NCBI GenBank assembly: GCA_964563365.1
Contig: CAZLVR010000001.1
Span: 1-50,128 of the forward strand
Length of the DNA stretch: 50,128 bases
Source: an uncultured Candidatus Saccharibacteria bacterium
GTDB lineage: Bacteria > Patescibacteriota > Minisyncoccia > Phycocordibacterales > Phycocordibacteraceae
Reading direction: 5' to 3'
In this document: positions 16,786 through 25,752 of the stretch, in pieces
Layout: each line of letters opens with the position of its first letter
Numbering within the stretch: position 1 is the stretch's first letter
Notes under the pieces: generated by a model
Databases searched by the model: none
The model's input: the letters and a program-made list of their open reading frames with translations, nothing else
What the model was told of the DNA's origin: nothing
Program-made: the position numbers and the translations under genes

Positions 16786-17915
16786 AAGCCCTCTTCGTCA
16801 GTAACGATTGTTCCATCTTCGACCCCGGTAGCGCGACCCGCGAGCGCATGCGCTCCTACGCGGCCGCGATAGGGGAGCTCCACATCGTGTCCCGAGCGCC
16901 CGAAGGCGCCCTGCAGATAACCGAAGGTCCACTCACGCTTCACCCGGTCGTCGCAGGCAAGCTCTTCTATCTCGGCACGCTTGAGAAGAAGATTCGTGAG
17001 CTCACGCTGGCGCACGGCATCGAAGTCGTATCCGCACAGGATCCGTTTGAGCACGGCCGCGCCGCGATGCGAGCCATACGCGGCGTCCCGGCAAAGCTCC
17101 ATCTGCAGATACATACCGACTTCCTCTCCCCCTGGTTCGTCCGCAGCGGCGTCTTCCGCTCCATGAAGGTGCCGGCGCCCGCGATAAATCGCGTCAGGCT
17201 GCAGATCGCAAGCGACATCATCCCGCGGGCGGACGGGGTACGCGCGGTCTCCGAGCGTGTCGCGTCTTCGGTGTCCGTTACCTATGGCGTGCCTATGCCG
17301 TCGGTCGTTCCTGTGCCGGTCAGCACCGACCTTCCCGCGCCGCTCCCGCTCCCGCCGCACAACTTCTCGTTCGCGTTCCTTACGTGCAGTCGGCTAGCGC
17401 CCGAAAAGCGCATCGAGGACATTCTCATGGCGCTCGGTCGGCTTGGACTTCACCATGACACCGTCGGGCTTGTCATCATCGGTGACGGACCGGAGCGGAA
17501 GAAGCTCGAGGAGCTTACGGCGAAGCTCGGTCTCACGCAGCGGGTTCTCTTTATGGGAGAACAGAAGGATGCCCGCGCCTATATGGCGAGCGCGAACGCA
17601 TATATTCAGGCGAGCGCATACGAGGGATATGGCCGGACCCTTATCGAGGCGGCGCTTGCGAGGATCCCCATCATCACGACCGACGTGGGTATTGTCGGGG
17701 AAGTGCTTAAGGGATATGAGGATGTTCTCTCAACCCCGCCGGGAGACACTGCGAACCTCGCGGCGCATATGGAAGCTCTTATCCGCGACCATCAGCTGCG
17801 CCTCTCGCTCGTCATGAATGCTGAGCATTCAGTACGCAATCATCTTGCAGCATACCCGGATATCCCGGCAGCGATCGCAGAAGATCTTACGCACGCACTT
17901 GCACCTCGGCAATGA
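16782..17915 (+). CDS. Glycosyltransferase family 4
   Basis: YEGYGRTLIEAALARIPIITTDVG. Shares 4-nt overlaps with both neighbours. Confidence 0.8.
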   Translation: MKALFVSNDCSIFDPGSATRERMRSYAAAIGELHIVSRAPEGALQITEGPLTLHPVVAGKLFYLGTLEKKIRELTLAHGIEVVSAQDPFEHGRAAMRAIRGVPAKLHLQIHTDFLSPWFVRSGVFRSMKVPAPAINRVRLQIASDIIPRADGVRAVSERVASSVSVTYGVPMPSVVPVPVSTDLPAPLPLPPHNFSFAFLTCSRLAPEKRIEDILMALGRLGLHHDTVGLVIIGDGPERKKLEELTAKLGLTQRVLFMGEQKDARAYMASANAYIQASAYEGYGRTLIEAALARIPIITTDVGIVGEVLKGYEDVLSTPPGDTANLAAHMEALIRDHQLRLSLVMNAEHSVRNHLAAYPDIPAAIAEDLTHALAPRQ

Positions 17916-18877
17916 AGAACGTCGTTACCATCGGCGGGGGCACAGGGACCTTCGTGGTTCTGTCGGCGTTGCGGCTCCTCTCGGACCTCTCTCTCTGCGC
18001 AATTATCTCGTCTGCGGACGATGGTGGTTCTACCGGTCGGCTGCGCGACGCATACGGGTTTTTGCCGAAGGGCGACGCGCGCCAGGCGCTCGTCGCACTT
18101 GCCGAGGACGGAGAGATCCTGCGCGAGCTTTTCGCGTATCGATTTGCGAAGGGTGACGTGAAGGGACACAGTCTCGGGAACCTGTTCCTCACTGCGCTTA
18201 CCGATATCCTCGGTTCCGATGGTGCTGCACTTGCCGAGGCGTCGAGGATCCTCCGAGTGTCCGGGCGTGTCGTATCCGCCTCGGAAGCGCCGACAGTCCT
18301 CATCGCAACCCTTTCCGACGGAACGCAGCTCCGCGGCGAGCATCGGCTCGACGAGAAGATACCTAGGCGCGCCCGCGTTTCCTCTCTGTCGCTTGAGACG
18401 CCCACCTCGGCTGCGCCCGCAGCTCTTGAGGCGGTGCGCGAAGCAGAGCTCGTTATCCTCGGGCCGGGGGATCTGTATGCGTCGAGCATCGCGCCGCTTC
18501 TCCCCAGCGGGATGCGCGAAGCCATAGCTCAATCAGCGGCGATGTTCCTCTATATCGGGAACCTGTTTACGAAAGCCGGACAGACCGGCGGCATGACCGC
18601 GAAGGAGCATGTCGCGGAGCTCGAGCGGTATCTCGGCCGGCCCGTGGATCGCATTCTCGTCCACGAGGGCAGCTTCGAGCCTGACGTACTCTTGCGCTAT
18701 CGCGAGGAAGGGGAGGAGCCCGTCACTGATGACTTTGCGGATGATCCGCGCGTGGTTCGCGCGTCGATAGCATCGGTGCATCTCGTGCCGCCAGTTCCGG
18801 AGGATCCGGTACCGCGTTCCCTCGCTCGCCACGACCCCGCGCTCCTTGCTCGCGCGCTCGCGCCTCTACTTGCATGA
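17912..18877 (+). CDS. YvcK / CofD-like (UPF0052, gluconeogenesis factor) family protein
   Basis: TIGGGTGTFVVLSAL and SSADDGGSTGRLRD...PKGDARQALVAL. Confidence 0.85.
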   Translation: MKNVVTIGGGTGTFVVLSALRLLSDLSLCAIISSADDGGSTGRLRDAYGFLPKGDARQALVALAEDGEILRELFAYRFAKGDVKGHSLGNLFLTALTDILGSDGAALAEASRILRVSGRVVSASEAPTVLIATLSDGTQLRGEHRLDEKIPRRARVSSLSLETPTSAAPAALEAVREAELVILGPGDLYASSIAPLLPSGMREAIAQSAAMFLYIGNLFTKAGQTGGMTAKEHVAELERYLGRPVDRILVHEGSFEPDVLLRYREEGEEPVTDDFADDPRVVRASIASVHLVPPVPEDPVPRSLARHDPALLARALAPLLA

Positions 18878-19443
18878 CTTATTTCCTCGATTTTGATCGC
18901 ACACTCTTCGATACCGACGCGTTCAACGCGTCTTTGGTCGATGAACCGGGCTGCGCGCCGTTTGCGGACGTGCTTCGTGCGACTGTTGCAAAGAAGCGCG
19001 ACGATACGCTCTCCGGCGGAGCGGGGCGGCAGGAGGCATGGCGGCTCGTATCAGAGGCACTTCTGTACGGAGATCTTACGTTCCCGCCGGGGCACCTCTC
19101 CCGCTTTCTGTATCCGGAGGTTCTCTCAGTGCTTGAGGTGCTTGCGACCGACGCGGTCATCATGACCTATGGGGACATCGAGCTGCAGCGCGTGAAGATC
19201 AAGAGCGCGCTTCCAGGACTTGTCGCCCGCGTCATCTATACCGGAGATAAGTCGAAAGCGGTGGTGCTTGCCGAGGAAGGGTTCACCGGCACGGCACTAT
19301 TTATCGACGATCGGGCCGTCGAGCTCGCTGCCTGCGCGGCCTCGTTCCCCGAGCTTACGCTCTTTGAGATACGGCGGGACGGTAGGCCGGGAGACGGCCG
19401 CTGGCCGGTCATACGGTCGCTTCAGGAGCTCCCGGTCGCCTAA
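18874..19443 (+). CDS. HAD-superfamily hydrolase-like protein
   Basis: Motif I is present as YFLDFDRTLFDT (DxDxT). The rest of the protein is weakly diagnostic. Confidence 0.5.
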   Translation: MTYFLDFDRTLFDTDAFNASLVDEPGCAPFADVLRATVAKKRDDTLSGGAGRQEAWRLVSEALLYGDLTFPPGHLSRFLYPEVLSVLEVLATDAVIMTYGDIELQRVKIKSALPGLVARVIYTGDKSKAVVLAEEGFTGTALFIDDRAVELAACAASFPELTLFEIRRDGRPGDGRWPVIRSLQELPVA

Positions 19444-19470
19444 AGTGCGGCCGCCCTTTATACTGCCGTA

Positions 19471-20343
19471 ATGACTGGGCAGGGACCGCGTATCGGCTTT
19501 ATCGGGCAGGGGTGGATAGGGAAGAGCTACGCTGACGACTTTGAGCAGCGAGGCTTTTCGGTTGTTCGATACGCGCTTGAAGAGCCATACGCGAAGAACA
19601 AGGATCTTGTACCTGAGTGCGACATTGTGTTCATTGCGGTACCGACACCGACCCGTGCGAATGGATTTGATGATTCGATCGTCCGTGCGGTGCTTCCGCT
19701 TCTCGGGAAAGGGAAGACGGCAGTAATTAAGTCGACCCTGCTTCCAGGTACAACGGAAGCACTGCAAGCATCTTTTCCGGATATCTTCGTCCTTCATAGC
19801 CCTGAGTTTCTTCGAGAGAAGAGCGCCGCGCATGATGCGGCGAATCCACAGCGGAACCTGATTGGGATACCGGTTGATGATGCTCGGTATCGCGCGGCAG
19901 CTGACGCGGTCCTCTCGGTACTTCCGCCTGCGCCGTACGCGAAAGTCCTTCCTTCGCGAGCGGCGGAGCTAACGAAGTACGCGGGCAACGTCTTCCTCGC
20001 GACCAAGGTCGTCTTCGCGAACATGCTCTACGATCTTTCGTCCGCACTTGGCGCTAGGTATGACGATGTTCGAGAGGCGCTTTCCGCCGATCCGCGCATC
20101 GGGCCGTCGCATCTTGCTCCCGTGGACGCATCCGGGCATACGGACACGGCAGGCCGCGGCGCAGGTGGAGACTGCTTTATCAAGGATACGGAAGCGTTCC
20201 GGCAGCTCTACGGCGGGACGCTCGGGGATGCGGAAGGAGCAGAACTTCTCCGTGCGCTCGTGCGGAAGAACAACGCGCTCCTTACCGGGAGCGGGAAGGA
20301 CCTCGATATCCTGCGGGGCGTGTACGGAGAGACGCTTCCATGA
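19471..20343 (+). CDS. Short nucleotide-sugar dehydrogenase-like protein (UDP-glucose/GDP-mannose dehydrogenase family, lacking the C-terminal domain)
   Basis: RIGFIGQGWIGKS, FIAVPTPT, SPEFLREKSAAHD, and the catalytic-Cys block GAGGDCFIKD. At 290 aa it ends shortly after the Cys motif. Confidence 0.65.
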   Translation: MTGQGPRIGFIGQGWIGKSYADDFEQRGFSVVRYALEEPYAKNKDLVPECDIVFIAVPTPTRANGFDDSIVRAVLPLLGKGKTAVIKSTLLPGTTEALQASFPDIFVLHSPEFLREKSAAHDAANPQRNLIGIPVDDARYRAAADAVLSVLPPAPYAKVLPSRAAELTKYAGNVFLATKVVFANMLYDLSSALGARYDDVREALSADPRIGPSHLAPVDASGHTDTAGRGAGGDCFIKDTEAFRQLYGGTLGDAEGAELLRALVRKNNALLTGSGKDLDILRGVYGETLP

Positions 20344-21395
20344 CGATACGTTTCCGTAGGTCGCGTCTGTTGTTCGTCACGCAGGCACTCGATCTCGATG
20401 ATCCCGTCCTCTCCGTCTATCACGACTGGGTAGCGCTCCTTGCCTCGCGCGTCGAATCCGTCGAGGTCGTCTGCCTGAAAGAAGGACGACATCTATTTAT
20501 GGCGTCGTCAAACGTGCGGGTGCATAGCCTCGGGAAGGAGAACGGCCGGCCGGCGCTCGGCGCGCTTACGTACGCTCTCAGGTTCCTGCGCTTCGCGTGG
20601 ATGCTGCGCAATCGCTACAACGTGGCGTTCGTCCATATGAACCAGGAGTATCTTCTTATCGCCGGCTTTCTCTGGAAGGTACTCGGAAAGCGTGCGTATC
20701 TCTGGAGGAATCACTATGCAGGCTCCTGGCTCACCGACCTCGCGGCCGCCTTCGCGGAATCCGTGTTCTGCACCTCAAGGCATTCCTATACGGCTGCGTA
20801 CCGGAAGACGAAGCTCATGCCTGTCGGCGTGAACATAGAGAAGTTTCCAATGACCCCTGACGCGCCGCATGCGAACGGTTCCGTACTGTTTCTTGCTCGG
20901 ATGGCGCCCTCAAAGCGTGCCGAAGTCCTTATCGATGCACTCGCGCTGCTTCGCGAGCGCGGCGTTGCCGTGACTGCTGATTTCGTCGGCTCGCCACTGC
21001 CAGAGCATGCCGAATATTACGAGCGTCTCCGGAAACGTGCGTCGCTCGATTCGAGCATACGGTTCTTTCCCGGCGTACCGAACAGCGAGACCTCTGATCT
21101 CTATGCGCAGCATGACATCTTCGTGAACTGCTCTTCGTCAGGGATGTATGACAAGACCATATTCGAAGCGGCCGCCTCCGGCTGTCTCTCGGTCGCAGCA
21201 AGCGATGATTGGAAGAGCGTTGCGGGCGAAGAGCTCTCGTTCGATGGTACGGCATCATCCTTGGCTGCGCGGCTTGAGACGCTTCTTGCGTGTAGAGAGC
21301 GCGAGAAAGATGCGCTGCGGGCGCGGGCGCGGGCGATAGCGGAAGCGCAGAGCCTGCCATCCCTCATGGATCGGCTCGCGCGCGAGTTACAATAG
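20340..21395 (+). CDS. Glycosyltransferase (GT4-like)
   Basis: C-terminal block SSSGMYDKTIFEAAASGCLSVAAS in a GT-B-like layout. Confidence 0.7.
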   Translation: MTIRFRRSRLLFVTQALDLDDPVLSVYHDWVALLASRVESVEVVCLKEGRHLFMASSNVRVHSLGKENGRPALGALTYALRFLRFAWMLRNRYNVAFVHMNQEYLLIAGFLWKVLGKRAYLWRNHYAGSWLTDLAAAFAESVFCTSRHSYTAAYRKTKLMPVGVNIEKFPMTPDAPHANGSVLFLARMAPSKRAEVLIDALALLRERGVAVTADFVGSPLPEHAEYYERLRKRASLDSSIRFFPGVPNSETSDLYAQHDIFVNCSSSGMYDKTIFEAAASGCLSVAASDDWKSVAGEELSFDGTASSLAARLETLLACREREKDALRARARAIAEAQSLPSLMDRLARELQ

Positions 21396-21400
21396 CGGGC

Positions 21401-22045
21401 ATGAGAGAACCGCTCGAGAACATCTATGCCGATCATCATGCGTCGCGCCGCGGCGCAGGCTTCGTTCTGCTCGGCGATGAACGTGGCGCATTCCTCAGGA
21501 CGAATATAGGAGCCGGGAAAAAGGTGCTCGACATCGGCTGCCGCGATGGGGCGCTTACGAAGCTCTACAGGGAAGGGAATGACGTCACCGGCCTCGACAT
21601 CGATTCAGATGCGCTTGGGCGTGCGCACAAGCTCGGCATAGAGACGCGGCAGGTTGATCTGAATGGAGAGTGGGGAGTGCCACAGAGAGACTTCGATGTG
21701 GTCGTTGCCGCGGAAGTGATAGAGCATCTCTACTATCCGGACTCGGTCATCGCGAAAGCCGCAGCTGCGCTAAAAGACGATGGAATACTTCTCGGCACTG
21801 TGCCGAACGCATTCAGCCTCAAGAACCGGCTTCGACTCTTGTTCCTTAAGAAGCAGCGTACACCGCTTGCCGACCCAACTCATATCAACCACTTCACCGT
21901 ACAGGAGCTTGAATCCGTGTTGCAGAAGCATTTTGCACAGGTGCAGATCGTTGGTGCTGGCGCAGCCGGGCCACTTGCACGATATGCTCCGCAATGGTTT
22001 GCATTTGACCTCATGTTCGTCGCCACTACGCCGCGTAGAGCCTGA
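21401..22045 (+). CDS. Class I SAM-dependent methyltransferase
   Basis: Motif I VLDIGCRDGALT and post-I VVVAAEVIEHL. Confidence 0.8.
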   Translation: MREPLENIYADHHASRRGAGFVLLGDERGAFLRTNIGAGKKVLDIGCRDGALTKLYREGNDVTGLDIDSDALGRAHKLGIETRQVDLNGEWGVPQRDFDVVVAAEVIEHLYYPDSVIAKAAAALKDDGILLGTVPNAFSLKNRLRLLFLKKQRTPLADPTHINHFTVQELESVLQKHFAQVQIVGAGAAGPLARYAPQWFAFDLMFVATTPRRA

Positions 22046-22080
22046 CTCTCCGTTCTGACAGCGATGCTACACTGATTTTT

Positions 22081-22437
22081 ATGGGATTCGCCTTTCTCAC
22101 GCTTGCCTTTATCTGCAACGCAGCAGCAAACATCCTGCTGAAGCTCGCAGCGCTCCAGAAGTTTTCCTTCGCCGATGCACTGCGAGGCCAGTGGACACTT
22201 GCGACTCTTGAGGCAGGAGCTGCAGTCGGCCTCTTTGCATTGAACCTCGTGTTCTACTTGCTCGCGCTCGAGCGTATACCACTTTCCATCGGATATCCGA
22301 TTATGGTCGGAATGACCTTTTTCATTACGATCGGCGCGTCGCTTCTGCTCGGCGAGCGGATTAGCGCCTCGCATGCGGCCGGGATGGCACTCATCCTTCT
22401 CGGCATCCTTCTCATCGTTCGATTCTCCGGTTCCTAG
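22081..22437 (+). CDS. SMR/EamA-half 4-TM transporter (ArnE/ArnF-like putative lipid-linked sugar flippase)
   Basis: 118 aa with four hydrophobic helices, an N-terminus of LAFICNAAANILLKLAA, and the block PLSIGYPIMVG. Its stop overlaps the stop of the convergent RGP-like gene within CTAG (22434-22437). Confidence 0.6.
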   Translation: MGFAFLTLAFICNAAANILLKLAALQKFSFADALRGQWTLATLEAGAAVGLFALNLVFYLLALERIPLSIGYPIMVGMTFFITIGASLLLGERISASHAAGMALILLGILLIVRFSGS

Positions 22438-23534
22438 GAAATCGTTGCGAACACGTCGCGCCAGATGCGCATGCCAGTGGCATATCCCTCGATAAAGGCG
22501 CGCTCGTCCTCTTTTAACTTCTCATTCGAAAGGAGCGCGGCAGGAAGCGCATCTGCCAGCTCGGCATAACAGGTGCGATAGTCGGTACCAGACAAGGGAA
22601 GGGATGCGAGCGTTTCGACGAACTGGAGCGTGAGCGCGTGCCCGTAGCGTTCCATATCGAGGTCGCGCCAGTAATTGTGCGGATTACGCTCCTGGCGTAC
22701 CATCGGCTGCCCGTAAGCGATGAAGCCGCCGAGACGATCCGTTATTTTCTTCACTACGTAGGACGCCCAGATGTCGTCATAGCGGCCTACCTTAGGAGAG
22801 AGAAAATATGCCGGGATGACTTCGCGCGCAAGCGCGGTGTTCTGCGAGTTGAACGGCGTCCAGGTGCCTGGCGCGGGGGAAACGCGGTCCGCGCGCAGCA
22901 ATTTTGTCGCGTCGGTCGGCTCCGTGAGGTGATAGAGACGCTCGAGAGCGTCAACGTCTGGATCACCAAGCCATAGTCCTGCAGATGCGACCGGTGCGGC
23001 CCGCTTTTTCGATTCGGTCCAGACTTCCGGGATCCGTTTCTCGAGCGGGAAGCCGCGATGATAGAACGTGCGGCCATGTGCCTCTTCGAGGAGTGCACAA
23101 ACGTTTATCCAGCCGGTGGAGCTCGTCACTTCCGTGATTTCCTGTTCCGTGCCTATGCCGTGACCGCCGAGATAGTCTTCGGTTGCAAGAAAATTATCGT
23201 CATCGATGGTAGCGAGCCAGGGACACCCAGATTCGTATGCGAAGAGAATGCCTATGTTCCGACGCATGATGCAGTTCCACTGAATATGCTCACGCAATTC
23301 CGGGAAGCGAGACAAGTATTCTTCCTGGCGCTCCGGAGAAAAATACTCAACAGGGAACCCGCTCCGTTTTGCTAAATCCTCACAATAGGTCGCTGTCTCT
23401 GGTGGCGTCTTCTTATCGCCGACGACTATGAATACGATATCGCGACCGTATTTTCTGGCGTCCTGTGCATATGAATCAAGAAGCGTTGGGACAAAGATAG
23501 TCGTCGTGACTAGTGCGGTGCGGTCGGTGTACAT
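22434..23534 (-). CDS. Reversibly-glycosylated-polypeptide (RGP, GT75) family protein, UDP-arabinopyranose-mutase-like
   Basis: The blocks ATIDDDNF, HRGFPLEKR, AGLWLGDPDVDA and GRYDDIWASY parallel plant RGP TIDDDCF, RGYPFSLR, HGLWLNIPDYDA and GRYDDMWAGW (recalled from memory). I prefer ATG 23534, 1 nt after the upstream stop, to the track's TTG at 23570. Confidence 0.7.
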   Translation of the reverse strand: MYTDRTALVTTTIFVPTLLDSYAQDARKYGRDIVFIVVGDKKTPPETATYCEDLAKRSGFPVEYFSPERQEEYLSRFPELREHIQWNCIMRRNIGILFAYESGCPWLATIDDDNFLATEDYLGGHGIGTEQEITEVTSSTGWINVCALLEEAHGRTFYHRGFPLEKRIPEVWTESKKRAAPVASAGLWLGDPDVDALERLYHLTEPTDATKLLRADRVSPAPGTWTPFNSQNTALAREVIPAYFLSPKVGRYDDIWASYVVKKITDRLGGFIAYGQPMVRQERNPHNYWRDLDMERYGHALTLQFVETLASLPLSGTDYRTCYAELADALPAALLSNEKLKEDERAFIEGYATGMRIWRDVFATIS

Positions 23535-23535
23535 A

Positions 23536-24609
23536 TCAGTCCAGTATGAAGGGAAGATCACTACCGGCAAGTCGTTGTTTGGCTCCTTCTAGTACTTTCG
23601 TCAACCCCTCGTCAAGCGATATCTTTGGTGTCCAGCCAATCTCCTTCCGCATCTTTGTCGTGTCCGCGTACCGCGTCGCTACACCAACCGGCTTGTCCGT
23701 GAGCGGTCGAATCTCCGCTGTTCGGCCCGACAGCCTCAAGAACGTCTCGATAAGCTCGATGAATGACGTTGGCGTTCCGGTTCCGATATTTACGCCGGAG
23801 CCATCGGCGATACGGTCGAGAATGGGGAAGAATGCGCCAACACAATCATCGATATGTACGAAATCACGCCCCTGCAGTCCCGTGCCCCAGACTTCAATCG
23901 GATCATCGCCACGGGCAACCCGAAGCGCAATCGAGGGCGTGGGGTAGGTGAGATCTTGGTCTTCGCCGTAGCCAGAGAAGGGGCGTACACAGGCAATATG
24001 CACGCCATACCGCTCGTGCGCGAGCCTCGCAAGATATTCGCCAGTCAGCTTCGACCAGCCATAGGTCATATCCGGCGTTCCGAGCGATGAACGGAAATCG
24101 ATTGCATCCTCGACAAGCGCTTCCGCGCCGTCTGCGCCCTGGAGCCGGGTCGGGTACGCTGCTGAGGACGAGGCATAGAGCACTCGCTCGGCGCGCTTCG
24201 GATCCCGGGTAAGCCAATAGAAGAACATGGCGTCGATGCCGAGGTCCGCGGCGACCATGATAGGGTCTCCGTCGATAAGCGCGCGGCCGCCGACGATGGA
24301 AGCGAGATGGAACACGTCCCCGAATGCCTCCGGGCAGGGGAGGATTCCGCACCCTACGGCATGGTCATGGAAATAAGAGAGCGCGTCGGCAGTGATGAGT
24401 GTTATGCGTCCGCGCTCGGATTCGAATATGCGCGTTCCGTCCTGCGCTGATTCCTTCCAGGCCGGGGAAAGCCATCGGGACGGGTCCGCGCCGGTGGAGA
24501 GGTTGTCGACGATCCAGATATCGCCGTGCCCGCGTGCGACAAGCTCTCGTACGAGGTGCCGGCCGACGAAGCCGCAGCCGCCGGTCACGAGCGTGGGTTT
24601 GCCGTTCAT
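23536..24609 (-). CDS. NAD-dependent nucleotide-sugar epimerase/dehydratase (extended SDR)
   Basis: LVTGGCGFVGRHL, and the catalytic SSS...YGWSKLTGE (YxxxK). Confidence 0.85.
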   Translation of the reverse strand: MNGKPTLVTGGCGFVGRHLVRELVARGHGDIWIVDNLSTGADPSRWLSPAWKESAQDGTRIFESERGRITLITADALSYFHDHAVGCGILPCPEAFGDVFHLASIVGGRALIDGDPIMVAADLGIDAMFFYWLTRDPKRAERVLYASSSAAYPTRLQGADGAEALVEDAIDFRSSLGTPDMTYGWSKLTGEYLARLAHERYGVHIACVRPFSGYGEDQDLTYPTPSIALRVARGDDPIEVWGTGLQGRDFVHIDDCVGAFFPILDRIADGSGVNIGTGTPTSFIELIETFLRLSGRTAEIRPLTDKPVGVATRYADTTKMRKEIGWTPKISLDEGLTKVLEGAKQRLAGSDLPFILD

Positions 24610-25337
24610 GCGGCAAGTATACGGTCTCGCCCCATAAACCGCACCCGGAGGCCGACGCGGGCGTAATCAAGTATCTGCATGGCGGTCGCGTGGCTTCTCC
24701 CCTCGGTCCGCGCTTTCCAGGGGACCGGCACCTCGACGGCCCGGTATCCGAGCCGAAGCGGCTTCACGATGCATTCGAACAAGAACGGAAAGGCTGTCTC
24801 TTCCCAGCGGATACGCCGTAGCAGTTCGGTACGATATGCGCGATATCCGTATGTGAGATCTGTCAGCGGCGTCCGGTACAGGGTACGGAAGAACGCCTGG
24901 AACAGATAATTAAGTACGAGCTTTAGCAGGTTATAGCCCGCGAACCCGCCGCCGTTCTTCCAGCGAGTGGTCGCGGCTATGTCCGCTCCCGTATCGAGCG
25001 CGGCGAGCATGTCGGGAAGCGCGTCAGGGTCCGTCTCGAGGTCAGACGCCATAAGGACCGTGTATCCGCCTGACACTCGATCGAACGCGTCCTGTATGGC
25101 GCCGCCGAGCCGAGGCCGTACCTGATCGAACGCCTCTACCTGCGTGCCATAGCGTGCCTGAAGCTCTCGTATCATTGCGCGGCATCCTTCCGTCGTGAAC
25201 TTCGGCGAGGTGACGATGAGAAATCGCAGCTCATACGACGAAAGTAGGCGGGACGCCCGCTCGACCGTCTCCTTGAGCGAATAGGTCTCGTCGGTAGCGG
25301 GAAGGATAATGTGCACGCGATTCATGTGGCCCATCAT
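24606..25337 (-). CDS. GT2 polyprenyl-phosphate glycosyltransferase (DPM1/GtrB/ArnC-like)
   Basis: HIILPATDE, a DxD-type block VLMASDLETDP, and LTDLTYGYRAYR. It is 243 aa with no TM tail. Confidence 0.75.
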   Translation of the reverse strand: MMGHMNRVHIILPATDETYSLKETVERASRLLSSYELRFLIVTSPKFTTEGCRAMIRELQARYGTQVEAFDQVRPRLGGAIQDAFDRVSGGYTVLMASDLETDPDALPDMLAALDTGADIAATTRWKNGGGFAGYNLLKLVLNYLFQAFFRTLYRTPLTDLTYGYRAYRTELLRRIRWEETAFPFLFECIVKPLRLGYRAVEVPVPWKARTEGRSHATAMQILDYARVGLRVRFMGRDRILAA

Positions 25338-25357
25338 ACATGCAGGCAGCGAAGGAA

Positions 25358-25386
25358 TTGACAGTATTTATTTATAATGTTACTAT
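25358..25386 (+). promoter_or_regulatory. Sigma70-like promoter candidate
   Basis: TTGACA (25358-25363), a 17-nt AT-rich spacer, then TACTAT (25381-25386). It lies in the divergent gap between the GT2 operon and the 25428 ORF. Confidence 0.4.
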
Positions 25387-25427
25387 GCTTACGGCTCAAC
25401 ATGGAAGCCGTAGTTAGGGAGGCGCGC

Positions 25428-25661
25428 ATGCGCTACACCGTACCTGCTCCCGATGAATCCGAATGGAAGCGCGGCTTCGCCTTCCTCCCGACGACTGTCG
25501 GGAGGAAGGACGGCCGGGCTCTCGTGGTCTTCTTGGAACCGTTTGAATACCGGTTTGTCAGAGAAGGAGGCCCCGGGACCGTGACGTATTGGGAGCGTCG
25601 CCCTATCGACCCACAAGGCTATTCGGCCGTGGGCTACACGACCGGATCGACTGCGGACTGA
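25428..25661 (+). CDS. Hypothetical protein (77 aa)
   Basis: GGGAGG lies 6 nt upstream of ATG 25428, an internal start of the track ORF. A strong terminator follows. Confidence 0.45.
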   Translation: MRYTVPAPDESEWKRGFAFLPTTVGRKDGRALVVFLEPFEYRFVREGGPGTVTYWERRPIDPQGYSAVGYTTGSTAD

Positions 25662-25680
25662 CCCCGCAGCGCTCTTTTTG

Positions 25681-25716
25681 GACGCGCGCAGGACACCTGC
25701 GCGCGTCTCTCTTTTG
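25681..25716 (+). terminator. Rho-independent terminator
   Basis: gacgcgcgcagg-aca-cctgcgcgcgtc forms a 12-bp stem, followed by tctctcttttg. Confidence 0.75.
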
Positions 25717-25752
25717 CTTGCTCAAACCGGCCGCGAGCACCATGATATATCC

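Noticed and set aside
23535-23570. TTG start at 23570 for the RGP-like gene
   Set aside because: It would overlap the upstream SDR gene by 35 nt. ATG 23534 lies 1 nt after that gene's stop, and the conserved region begins after it. This is kept as an alternative because AAGGAG lies about 12 nt upstream of the TTG.
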